NCBI GenBank assembly: GCA_028279685.1
Contig: JANQNG010000002.1
Span: 76,144-140,143 of the forward strand
Length of the DNA stretch: 64,000 bases
From: Candidatus Nanoarchaeia archaeon
GTDB lineage: Archaea > Nanobdellota > Nanobdellia > Woesearchaeales > SKIA01
Direction of reading: 5' to 3'
Position 1 is the stretch's first letter; every line of letters starts with the position of its first letter. Shown here piece after piece: positions 1-8,440 of this stretch. The notes under the pieces were generated by a model that saw only the letters and a list, made by a program, of their open reading frames with translations, did no database searches and was not told the DNA's origin. A program made the translations under genes and the position numbers.

Positions 1-203
1 TCAATATAACCTTCACTCTTTTTTAGAAAATAAAAAACAATATTCGAAGCAATAAGTGCAATCACTGCAAGTATCATAAAAATACCAAATAAATCTTCAG
101 CTCCCTCAGTCGCTTTTTTTAACAAAGTCCAAATCAAAAAAATTAAATAAATATTAAAGATTGCCCAAAGTACAATATAAACTTTGAATTTCTTTAATTT
201 CAT
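1..203 (-). CDS. Small two-TM membrane protein, candidate immunity protein of the upstream Rhs cassette; runs off the window edge
   Basis: Read manually: ATG at 203, MKLKKFKVYIVLWAIFNIYLIFLIWTLLKKATEGAEDLFGIFMILAVIALIASNIVFYFLKKSEGYI..., GGAGAG upstream, directly downstream of the Rhs cassette; not in the ORF track. Confidence 0.6.
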   Translation of the reverse strand, partial: MKLKKFKVYIVLWAIFNIYLIFLIWTLLKKATEGAEDLFGIFMILAVIALIASNIVFYFLKKSEGYI

Positions 204-243
204 ATTATTACATACTCTCCAGCATTTTTATATTTTATTATTA

Positions 244-1431
244 TCATGAACATACTGTTACTTGTAAATTCCCATATGTTTGTGTTACGCAATTTGTACC
301 TTCATCATCTCCTCCTCCAGAGCCTCCCCCTCCTCCTGTAGGACCATCAGTTGTACTTTGTGTAGACTCTTCTTCATTGTTTAAACCAGCATAGTTTATC
401 CAAAAATTCACATCCCCTCCACTACCTCCAGAACCTGCCGTATTACTTGGTTGAACTGAGGAAGTCATATCTGTTGATTGAGTCAATAAATCTTTATCTG
501 AATCTTTCTTTACACATTTAGGACAATCATCATTTTCTTCAGCATATTTTTCAGCTTTCTTCGTAGATTCTTTGATACTCTCCGAACCTATAAACACTGT
601 TGTCGCCATCCACAGTGCCCCTACAGCTACTGTTACTGTTCCAGCTACTGCACTCATTATTCCCAACATAGCACCTTTAGCTCCAGACAAGGCAACATCC
701 CTTTTTGAATAAATCATTCCAGTTTCTCTTCTTTGGATTATCACTTCTGATGTAACCCCAATTATCGCACCGATAGCAACTCCAACAAGTATTGCAGCAA
801 TTAATGGAACAATATGTCCTGAAGGATCTGTATGTTTGTAAGAATTTTGCATCTCGAATCCATATCTGTTCAACGATTGCGGATTGTATATCGAAGGAAT
901 AATATTATCAGGTCGATTGAACATTCCTATACTTGCATCGTATGTTCTGAATTCAAAGTCATAACCAGAGTAACTGTCTTGTTCTTTTCCTTCATAATCA
1001 TATCTTGAACTACCGCCAGAAAGTACTTCGCCATAAGGCGAATAGCTTGTGTTTTCTATAACATCTCCTGATGAATCAGTCACTACCGTCGAGCTACCTA
1101 AATGATCACTATGATGATATAATTTTACTTCTGATAATTCCTCAGCTACTAGACTTCCTTCATGATAAACATATGTAGTATCATAAGTCCCGCTATCGTT
1201 GATGACTCTAATGTTTGTTTTATCAAAATAGACAACAGTCTCAGTAAGAGTCTCGCTCTCATCATACGTTTTCTTGACCAAAACTCGTTCTTCTGTTGGA
1301 TGGTAGATGTATTCTTGGATTATGTTATCATTGGTTGCATTTCTAATAGTGCTTAATTGGTTTAGTGAATTATATTCGCGATAAAAGTCTTCATCAGAGT
1401 TACGAAGTAGGTTTCCGTTTGCAACAAGAAA
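244..1431 (-). CDS. Orphan Rhs cassette (Rhs core plus variable C-terminus with hydrophobic Gly/Ala-rich helices); no signal peptide, first start-like codon is TTG at 1281
   Basis: YHHSDHLGS, YSPYGE, RYDYEGKE and DPSG Rhs-core motifs; frame is open from 1431 (FLVANGNLLRNSDED...) and near-identical to the 2428-3765 gene. Confidence 0.85.
   Translation of the reverse strand, partial: FLVANGNLLRNSDEDFYREYNSLNQLSTIRNATNDNIIQEYIYHPTEERVLVKKTYDESETLTETVVYFDKTNIRVINDSGTYDTTYVYHEGSLVAEELSEVKLYHHSDHLGSSTVVTDSSGDVIENTSYSPYGEVLSGGSSRYDYEGKEQDSYSGYDFEFRTYDASIGMFNRPDNIIPSIYNPQSLNRYGFEMQNSYKHTDPSGHIVPLIAAILVGVAIGAIIGVTSEVIIQRRETGMIYSKRDVALSGAKGAMLGIMSAVAGTVTVAVGALWMATTVFIGSESIKESTKKAEKYAEENDDCPKCVKKDSDKDLLTQSTDMTSSVQPSNTAGSGGSGGDVNFWINYAGLNNEEESTQSTTDGPTGGGGGSGGGDDEGTNCVTQTYGNLQVTVCS
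982..1422. repeat. Copy 1 of a ~440-bp Rhs-core direct repeat (copy 2 at 3232-3672, offset 2250 bp)
   Basis: Long identical blocks in both copies, e.g. acatctcctgatgaatcagtcactaccgtcgagctacctaaatgatcactatgatgata and tcttcatcagagttacgaagtaggtttccgtttgc. Confidence 0.92.
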
Positions 1432-1623
1432 TCAATAAAATTTGTCACCCAATTTTGTAGAAGCACCCAATACTCTCCAAACACCAATTATAATCATAAC
1501 AACAAACAAAAAATAATAATTCTTCAAATACAATGCAATAATTACTAAACATGCGGAAATTAGCACTGAAATAACAGTAAATATTAATTTTTTTTCATCA
1601 AGCTTTATTTTCTTTTCATCCAT
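1432..1623 (-). CDS. Small two-TM membrane protein, candidate immunity protein
   Basis: ORF track 1432-1638; ATG at 1623 preferred; two hydrophobic segments; follows the orphan tip at 1693-1974. Confidence 0.6.
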   Translation of the reverse strand: MDEKKIKLDEKKLIFTVISVLISACLVIIALYLKNYYFLFVVMIIIGVWRVLGASTKLGDKFY

Positions 1624-1692
1624 TAAACTATAACACAATTCAAATATAAATAGTTATTGTTTTTATACACTGTTTATTAATAAATAAAAACA

Positions 1693-1974
1693 TTATGAGC
1701 ATACTGTTACATATCCAAAACCAAGGTAATAGGTGGTTGTGCATGTTTGACCTTCTGAATCTCCACTTCCACCGCCGGAGCCCCCGCCACCTCCCCCGCC
1801 AGAAGAACCCCCTCCAGTATTTGTATAATTATGGGTAAGATTCCAGTTGAGATCGCTTAATGCGTCGAGATCTCCTTTTTTACCTTCGAAACGTTCAGAG
1901 CAGAGGTATTTCATATTCTCTACGGTATCATTGATATCATTAGAAACAATCACTTCATACGTTGTATTAGACAC
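1693..1974 (-). pseudogene. Orphan Rhs C-terminal tip fragment (Gly-rich linker plus Cys-pair tail)
   Basis: Ends GGGSGDSEGQTCTTTYYLGFGYVTVCS, paralleling GGGDDEGTNCVTQTYGNLQVTVCS of the 244 cassette; no Rhs core. Confidence 0.6.
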
Positions 1975-2012
1975 ATTCCTTGAATATCTTTAAAGAAAAA
2001 GTTAATAGAGAA

Positions 2013-2387
2013 CTATTTGTTAATCATATCTTTAAAATGTTTATAGCTATCCTCTCTTTCAAAAATATATGAATCAAATGTAAAAGAAAAAGTTTTCATT
2101 TTCTCTATTAGTGTTATAGTGATGCTATTGTTTAAAATCTCAACAGAATATATTATTCCAGAATATGCATTTTTATCTTTTGGGAAAACATAATTTCCAT
2201 TGTCGTCAATAAAGACACATTCTTTCCAAAATTCAAGAAAATCTTCATAATTCTTCGGATTGGAAAACTTAAAAACTCCAAAAGGTTTTCCAGGATTCCA
2301 GTGTGTGTCTATATTTAACATAATCGATAACTCAGAATCTTTAAGATTGACTTCTTTGATTTCTGAATCGTGAAAATTTTCTTTCAT
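2013..2387 (-). CDS. Putative cognate immunity protein (N-terminal FHDxEI, Imm50-like)
   Basis: Directly downstream of the full-length Rhs gene; small, acidic/aromatic; FHDSEI motif. Confidence 0.55.
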   Translation of the reverse strand: MKENFHDSEIKEVNLKDSELSIMLNIDTHWNPGKPFGVFKFSNPKNYEDFLEFWKECVFIDDNGNYVFPKDKNAYSGIIYSVEILNNSITITLIEKMKTFSFTFDSYIFEREDSYKHFKDMINK

Positions 2388-2427
2388 TGTAAACGTATGT
2401 GCACTGATATTTAAATAATTTCTCTAT

Positions 2428-3765
2428 TTATGTCTGATAACCGTCATCATCACAAGTGTCACACACCCAGTCTCCATCATCTGTCTGACGAACATTTGGA
2501 TGATTTGGATTTCCTCCAGACCAACCACCACCAATAAGTTGTTGAATTTGTGGACTTTCTGAATTAGGAGTTCCGCTTCCACCAAACCAATAATCCATTA
2601 ATATAGGTAAATTAATTGTTGGCATAACATTAAAATATGAAAAATAAGAAATATGGTCTAATATACCTCTATTTGCAAATTCAATCAATTTCCCATTTTT
2701 TATAGTATATCTGTGGTGATTTATATGTGGAAACTCCATTCCTGAATGCCCAAAATCATCTCTGATAATATCAACAGTTTTCCCCGAACGTTTTGCTAGC
2801 CCAGAACCAAATTGCTCAAGTCTTTGACGAATTGTACTTCGTGGATGAAATTCTTCAGCATGTTTATATCCTTGTTCTCTTAAAACTCGATATGATTCTC
2901 CTTTTCTAAATACACTGTCTCCTACTCTTGGCTTTACTTCATTTCTTGACATTACATAGTCTACAGGTATATTTACTCTTCCTTGACTTTGTCCTAATAA
3001 TGGTGTTGGCATAATTTGATTTTGACCTAATACAAGAGCAGTTGGATTAACCATTAATGCCATCCTACCATCAGGATCTATTTTGCTCATAGGATTACCA
3101 TCTTCAAACATATAGGGATTTAATCCCTGGGGATTATACGTATTCATTATATTATCTGGCTGGTTAAATATGCCATACTCCGAATTACTCATTCTCGCTT
3201 CAAAATCAATCTCCCTAGTAACTTCATCTGTTTCTTTTCCTTCATAATCATATCTGCTGGAGCCACCTGTTAATACCTCACCATACGGAGAGTAAGAAGT
3301 ATTTTCAATTACATCTCCTGATGAATCAGTCACTACCGTCGAGCTACCTAAATGATCACTATGATGATAAGTCTTAACCCCAGATAACTCCTCCGCTACT
3401 AGGCTACCTTCATGATATACATAAGTTGTATCATAAGTGCCACTATCGTTGATGACTCTAACGTTTGTCTTGTCAAAGTAAACCACAGTTTCTACTAAAG
3501 TCTCGCTCTCATCATACGTTTTCTTGACCAAAACTCTCTCTTCTGTTGGATGGTAGATATATTCTTGGATTATGTTATCATTGGTTGCATTACGTATAAT
3601 ACTCAATTGATTAAGCGAATTATATTCTCGGTAAAAATCTTCATCAGAGTTACGAAGTAGGTTTCCGTTTGCGTCATAGGTTCGAGATATTTCTGCAGCG
3701 AAAACCAAAGGAAAAGTTGTGACGAGCAATATAAGTAGTCCGGAGATAAATAGCTTAGATTTCAC
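2428..3765 (-). CDS. Signal-peptide-bearing minimal Rhs/YD-repeat protein with His-rich C-terminal putative nuclease toxin
   Basis: N-terminal hydrophobic signal ending VFA; YDANGNL, SDHLGS, YSPYGE; PMSKIDPDG autocleavage-type motif; CT contains IRDDFGH...PHIN...H. Confidence 0.85.
   Translation of the reverse strand: MKSKLFISGLLILLVTTFPLVFAAEISRTYDANGNLLRNSDEDFYREYNSLNQLSIIRNATNDNIIQEYIYHPTEERVLVKKTYDESETLVETVVYFDKTNVRVINDSGTYDTTYVYHEGSLVAEELSGVKTYHHSDHLGSSTVVTDSSGDVIENTSYSPYGEVLTGGSSRYDYEGKETDEVTREIDFEARMSNSEYGIFNQPDNIMNTYNPQGLNPYMFEDGNPMSKIDPDGRMALMVNPTALVLGQNQIMPTPLLGQSQGRVNIPVDYVMSRNEVKPRVGDSVFRKGESYRVLREQGYKHAEEFHPRSTIRQRLEQFGSGLAKRSGKTVDIIRDDFGHSGMEFPHINHHRYTIKNGKLIEFANRGILDHISYFSYFNVMPTINLPILMDYWFGGSGTPNSESPQIQQLIGGGWSGGNPNHPNVRQTDDGDWVCDTCDDDGYQT
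3232..3672. repeat. Copy 2 of the Rhs-core direct repeat
   Basis: Matches 982-1422. Confidence 0.92.
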
Positions 3766-3835
3766 GCAATCACCCCCCTTACACTAACAGCGTTAACAAA
3801 TACTATTTAATATTTTGTTGTCATAATAGGATAAC

Positions 3836-3871
3836 ACCTAAAAATTTATCCCGAAAACCTAAAAATTTATC
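3836..3871. promoter_or_regulatory. Tandem 15-bp direct repeat ACCTAAAAATTTATC (21-bp period) upstream of the Rhs gene
   Basis: Copies at 3836-3850 and 3857-3871; regulatory role is inference. Confidence 0.45.
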
Positions 3872-4016
3872 TCGTTTTCTGTGAAGGATTTCACAACAGC
3901 GATACCGCATTACGTCTCAATAAGCAAATCTAATCAGCATGAGATTATATGTATTAGAAATACAAAAAGATGACTTCACTGACTGGTATCGCTATTACAA
4001 CAAGAAAAGATATCGC

Positions 4017-5663
4017 TTACACATTAAAAGGCAATGCTGTCAATCCATCTTCGTGGTATTTTTTCATTACATCCCAAACATCAAAATAATCAAAAATCTT
4101 ATGTTCGACCATCCTCTGCAGGATCTTTGTCCTGAGATCAAGCTCCTTATATATATCACGAGTGTCTTCAAATCCAAGAATAGTAGCTATTTTCTTCTCG
4201 AGAATATAACTATTGAATAATCCTCTGAAAATATGTTTATCAGAAACAGGATCCCAATTAAATACTTCTCTCGTAATCACTTTATTGGCAACATCATAAT
4301 AACGCTCAATTTCAGTGATTGATAACACTCTTCTTACCATATGTCCTCCTCGAGAAACAGCTTGCTGAATCAACACAATATTGAGATTATCTATTGATGC
4401 AATAGGCACATCAATAGGATGCGACGTAATACGTTGTATCATACTATGAGGACTACCTGCGTGAAACGTACTCATCACAGGGTGACCTGTCTGCATAGCT
4501 TGGAATGCAACATTACCTTCTTCACCTCGTATCTCTCCTACAATAATATAATTTGGACGACTACGCAAAGCAGCAATCAACAGATCAAAAATTGTGACAT
4601 CAGAATCTTTCCCTGATTCTCTTGTGACAAGATGCTGCCACGTTGCATGAGGAATTGTAACCTCAGGAACATTCTCTACCGTGTATACTTTATCATCAGG
4701 TTTTATAAAACAGCACATCGCATTCAATGATGTTGTCTTTCCTGAAGCTGTTTCTCCACAAACAAACGTATTCATACCATTTTCTAAAGCCAACCACATA
4801 TATGCAGCAACGCGTGCACTCATCGTTCCCCAATTGATAATTTGTGTTATACTCACTGGCACTTCTGAGAATTTACGAATGGTGAAGCTGGAACCTTCGA
4901 GCGATAGCTCTCGCGAATAAATATAGTTTACACGAGAACCGTCAGGCATAATTGCGTCTACAACAGAATGTGCATCACTTACTGGACGCTCCACGCGCTC
5001 AGAGCTTTCAATAACATATTTGTCTAATTCAAAATCATCTTTGAAGTCGATATTGGTGTAAACCATATCGAAAATCTTATGGATCACTTTCATAGCACCA
5101 ACACCAGTACAATGCAGATCTTCAAGATAAGGATCATAGAAAAGCGGTTCAAGTTTTGCATAACCTACTCTATTCCTGATAATGAAGTACTTCAATGAAT
5201 CATACGTGTAAGGATCTAAAACAAGTTTTTTTGATCCTAATGCCTTGCTCTTCGGAATAACAACTTTTGCCCCCTCCTTTATCTCAACGACATCATTCAT
5301 GATTTTCAGAATAACAGGTTCAGCATCCTCAACTTTGTCAGGCACAGGATACCTATGTGCATATTCAACCATTTTGTTTGTTACGAGTTCGTAAAGCGTT
5401 CTCATCCGATCATCTAAGGCAGGCTCTACAACAGTATAAGTAATATGCATCCCTGGCTGCCTGAGAATATGCACAAACAATGGATCCCCTATAGGATAAA
5501 TAAGATTTACTTTTTTCTTTCTCATACCTTTATCGAGTTTAAGATGCCATTCTGGATCACCATATTTCTCAACAATCTTCTCAACATACTTAGAAAGATG
5601 CGGATAGTTATCCTGCGCATCGAGGAAATTCTCTGTTTTTGGTGCATGTCTTCTTTTTGCCAT
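4017..5663 (-). CDS. arlI: Archaellum motor/assembly ATPase ArlI (FlaI)
   Basis: Walker A GETASGKT, LRSRPNYIIVGEIRG, QTGHPVMSTFH; N-terminal IYPIGDPLFVHI typical of FlaI; follows arlH; ATG at 5663 preferred. Confidence 0.9.
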   Translation of the reverse strand: MAKRRHAPKTENFLDAQDNYPHLSKYVEKIVEKYGDPEWHLKLDKGMRKKKVNLIYPIGDPLFVHILRQPGMHITYTVVEPALDDRMRTLYELVTNKMVEYAHRYPVPDKVEDAEPVILKIMNDVVEIKEGAKVVIPKSKALGSKKLVLDPYTYDSLKYFIIRNRVGYAKLEPLFYDPYLEDLHCTGVGAMKVIHKIFDMVYTNIDFKDDFELDKYVIESSERVERPVSDAHSVVDAIMPDGSRVNYIYSRELSLEGSSFTIRKFSEVPVSITQIINWGTMSARVAAYMWLALENGMNTFVCGETASGKTTSLNAMCCFIKPDDKVYTVENVPEVTIPHATWQHLVTRESGKDSDVTIFDLLIAALRSRPNYIIVGEIRGEEGNVAFQAMQTGHPVMSTFHAGSPHSMIQRITSHPIDVPIASIDNLNIVLIQQAVSRGGHMVRRVLSITEIERYYDVANKVITREVFNWDPVSDKHIFRGLFNSYILEKKIATILGFEDTRDIYKELDLRTKILQRMVEHKIFDYFDVWDVMKKYHEDGLTALPFNV

Positions 5664-5664
5664 C

Positions 5665-6366
5665 TTAGCTGAAACTTGCAATCTCTATAGCAAGTCCTTT
5701 ACCTGCCTCTACCTTATAAGGTATAGCGCTCAATACATTTGATCCACTTCTCTTAAATCGTTTAACCTTCATTACTCTGACAATCTCTCCTGCAAAACTA
5801 CTGATCTCCAATTCAAGAATCACATCACTAACATTCTTCACCAATGTCAATAATTTTGGATGAATGTGATCTTGATCAATATCAATAATCACCGTTTTTC
5901 CGAGTGAAGTAAGTCTTTTTAGGAAATAGATGAATTGAAATAATTCACGTTCCGTGGTATCATCTTGAACAATCAAGAAGCTTATTGTATCGAGAATTAT
6001 CACATCTTTGCTGTAGAGCCTAGAAGAATTCATCAATCTTTGGAGCATACCTCTTTGCAGCCTTGACTTTCCATAAAAAGGAAACATGGGAACAAACATC
6101 AAATCATCATCAAGCAAATAATACTTACAATCATAATCAAGGCTTGCCATCTGTTCAATAAATCCGACAGTATCAAGTTCAGAGCTAATATATGATGCAG
6201 TGTATCCTGCCTGCAATAATCCATAGCACATTCTTTGAGAGATAATGCTTTTTCCTGAGCCATCTTGTCCTGTAATAAGAATCAACGCATCTTTAGGTAT
6301 ACCTCCTCCTATGTTTCTGTTCAGTTCATCCCTTTCAAGGTCTATGGAAAGTACTTCTGATTTCAT
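5665..6366 (-). CDS. arlH: Archaellum KaiC/RecA-like ATPase ArlH (FlaH)
   Basis: RDELNRNIGGGIP, GQDGSGKS, C-terminal YKVEAGKGLAIEIAS. Confidence 0.9.
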   Translation of the reverse strand: MKSEVLSIDLERDELNRNIGGGIPKDALILITGQDGSGKSIISQRMCYGLLQAGYTASYISSELDTVGFIEQMASLDYDCKYYLLDDDLMFVPMFPFYGKSRLQRGMLQRLMNSSRLYSKDVIILDTISFLIVQDDTTERELFQFIYFLKRLTSLGKTVIIDIDQDHIHPKLLTLVKNVSDVILELEISSFAGEIVRVMKVKRFKRSGSNVLSAIPYKVEAGKGLAIEIASFS

Positions 6367-7250
6367 GGTGTCACCGTGATCGTCGCTGAGTTTTCAAATT
6401 CAGTAACGGCTTTCACAATCGTATTACCTCCTAATGTTTCAAAGATGTAAAGATCTATGATCTCTCCCGGAGACCAGAGCGTAGGCTGCAGATCATCATT
6501 CGTAATAAACTCTACTCGATCTGAATCATTACGTTTGATACGTTCCGACCCGACATAAACATCAACTTTTTCAAAATCATATGTTGTTGTTCCATCATTA
6601 GAAAGTGTTAAATAGATATGAGGACTTTGTCTCATAATAGTGATATTAACTTGATCAACTTTCGCTGTTTCTTGTGTATCCACCGTCTCAAGATCAATCT
6701 TAAGTTGTATCATCGAACTTTCATTATGAGTGATATTTATTTCTTCTCCTGAAGAAGTATAATAATCAAGAGGCCCATCAGGTCCAATGAAATCAGCATT
6801 TTCTATCTGTGTCGAAGTATTTCCTGAACGTAATTGAAAACGAACTGATGTTCCCACAGGAAGTGTAGCATTCCAGTAGATCTTTGAGAAATTGCTCGAG
6901 ATATTTATGTCATAGACTTCTGAATAGTATGTTGCTGAATTGTTGTAATCAGTGCCATTCCATACTGTCTGGATTGATCCGGGTGTGGTGTTTGTGTCAA
7001 TATTCGTAAAATTTGTTCCTCTATCAAAATCAGTTTTGAGTGTTAATACCCAAGGGATGTACATTGGATTATTGTATTGCTCTCCTGTGATTGATATTTC
7101 GCTTTCAAGCATTTTCAAGAGACGATCCTGCTTTTCCGTTATTGCTTCTTCCTTCTCGAGGAGCTTTGCCTGCACTACAAAGAATCCCCCTACAAGCATA
7201 GAGACTACTAAAAACAAAATCACCATTCCTGCAATCGAAGCAAATCCCAT
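6363..7250 (-). CDS. arlF: ArlF (FlaF)-like protein with an internal beta-rich insertion
   Basis: N-terminal MGFASIAG TM helix, LSNDGTT, VDVYVG and WSPGE motifs; position between arlG and arlH. Confidence 0.7.
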   Translation of the reverse strand: MGFASIAGMVILFLVVSMLVGGFFVVQAKLLEKEEAITEKQDRLLKMLESEISITGEQYNNPMYIPWVLTLKTDFDRGTNFTNIDTNTTPGSIQTVWNGTDYNNSATYYSEVYDINISSNFSKIYWNATLPVGTSVRFQLRSGNTSTQIENADFIGPDGPLDYYTSSGEEINITHNESSMIQLKIDLETVDTQETAKVDQVNITIMRQSPHIYLTLSNDGTTTYDFEKVDVYVGSERIKRNDSDRVEFITNDDLQPTLWSPGEIIDLYIFETLGGNTIVKAVTEFENSATITVTP

Positions 7251-7736
7251 TTAGTAATCCTCTGTTTTCTTCACTCCATTATCAGTAAGTAACGCAAACT
7301 CATGGCTAATCGATCCATCAATAGTCATGTTCACTGATACTTTGATAATCTCCTTTGTGTTCCAGATGCCAACATCAACAGTATCCGTATCTGATTCGAC
7401 AGCAATAGTTCTATTAGTCTCATTTCTAGGGATACGCAACCCGTCGATATAGATATCTATCTTTGAAACGTTATGTTTCTTCTTCCCAGTGTTTTTGATA
7501 TACGCAAAAGTATAATCAGGATCTCCCGAATCTTCATAGTAAACTGTTTCAATTTTGAAATCAGTATCAATAATATCAGTAAGACTTTCTTGTTTATCGT
7601 ACATTGCTGTTGTGGATTTGTCGGATGAACTTTTGAACACTAATGCTGCAGCAGTAGCTAATCCTAATACTGCTATGAAGATTATGAGGCTTGAAACGAC
7701 TTCTCCTGCCGCTTTTTTTGACTTAAACATTTTCAA
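7251..7736 (-). CDS. arlG: ArlG (FlaG)-like protein
   Basis: AGEVVSSLIIFIA TM, IDTDFKI, YIKNTG, IDIYIDG, W..E motifs. Confidence 0.75.
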   Translation of the reverse strand: MKMFKSKKAAGEVVSSLIIFIAVLGLATAAALVFKSSSDKSTTAMYDKQESLTDIIDTDFKIETVYYEDSGDPDYTFAYIKNTGKKKHNVSKIDIYIDGLRIPRNETNRTIAVESDTDTVDVGIWNTKEIIKVSVNMTIDGSISHEFALLTDNGVKKTEDY

Positions 7737-7900
7737 CCTAGTTTATTTATAAATCAGTATGGGAATTTGTATACTGTTATATCATTATTAGACATTATTA
7801 TTTATAAATCTTTCTGTTTTTCGGCAAAGGCGAAAAATAAAATAATTCACTTCTTATAAGTTATAACAAAATTTATATACTGTATATTTTTCCCCACATT

Positions 7901-8440
7901 ATGTCAAGAACAATACTCCTCCCCAATAAACTTGCAGGAGTTCTTCATAATCTCACAAAATATAAGGAAGAACATAACGGAGTGCTTATCTATCGCCCAG
8001 ATAGCAAGTATCATCCAGATAGTTACTATTGTCCTGTGTCTTATGCAGGAATCACAGGAAAAGGCACCCCAGGGCATGTGCGAGCAGACCCTAGATCAAT
8101 TGAAATACTCAATGCTTTTCTCAAAGAAAATCCTGAACATCGCTATATCAAATGGCATACTCATTCTGTCGAAACTATAAGAACATTTGGAAATTACTAT
8201 GCAGAGAATTTCTCTTCAGGAGACATTAGTAGCTATGATGAACAAATTAATTACGATCCTGATTTTATAGGTATGGTTGTAACTCCAAAAAAAATACTCA
8301 TTTATGGCAGAGATAATCCAAAAATAAGAACAGTTTCTTCTTTTCCATCGACGGAAAATAAAAGAATTAAAAAAAGAATAGAAGAGCATATGCGACAGAA
8401 GAATTTTTCTATAAGAGATATTTTAGAAAAAAAATCTTAA
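7901..8440 (+). CDS. JAB/MPN+ (JAMM)-like metalloprotein
   Basis: EHNGVL...WHTHS...FSSGD; His-to-Ser spacing longer than the canonical HxHx7SxxD. Confidence 0.65.
   Translation: MSRTILLPNKLAGVLHNLTKYKEEHNGVLIYRPDSKYHPDSYYCPVSYAGITGKGTPGHVRADPRSIEILNAFLKENPEHRYIKWHTHSVETIRTFGNYYAENFSSGDISSYDEQINYDPDFIGMVVTPKKILIYGRDNPKIRTVSSFPSTENKRIKKRIEEHMRQKNFSIRDILEKKS

Noticed and set aside
1432..1434. Alternative genetic code or selenocysteine at the in-frame TGA
   Set aside because: TGA ends conserved genes at the expected place (dut, rps19e, GT3 synthase), and no SECIS-like element was recognised
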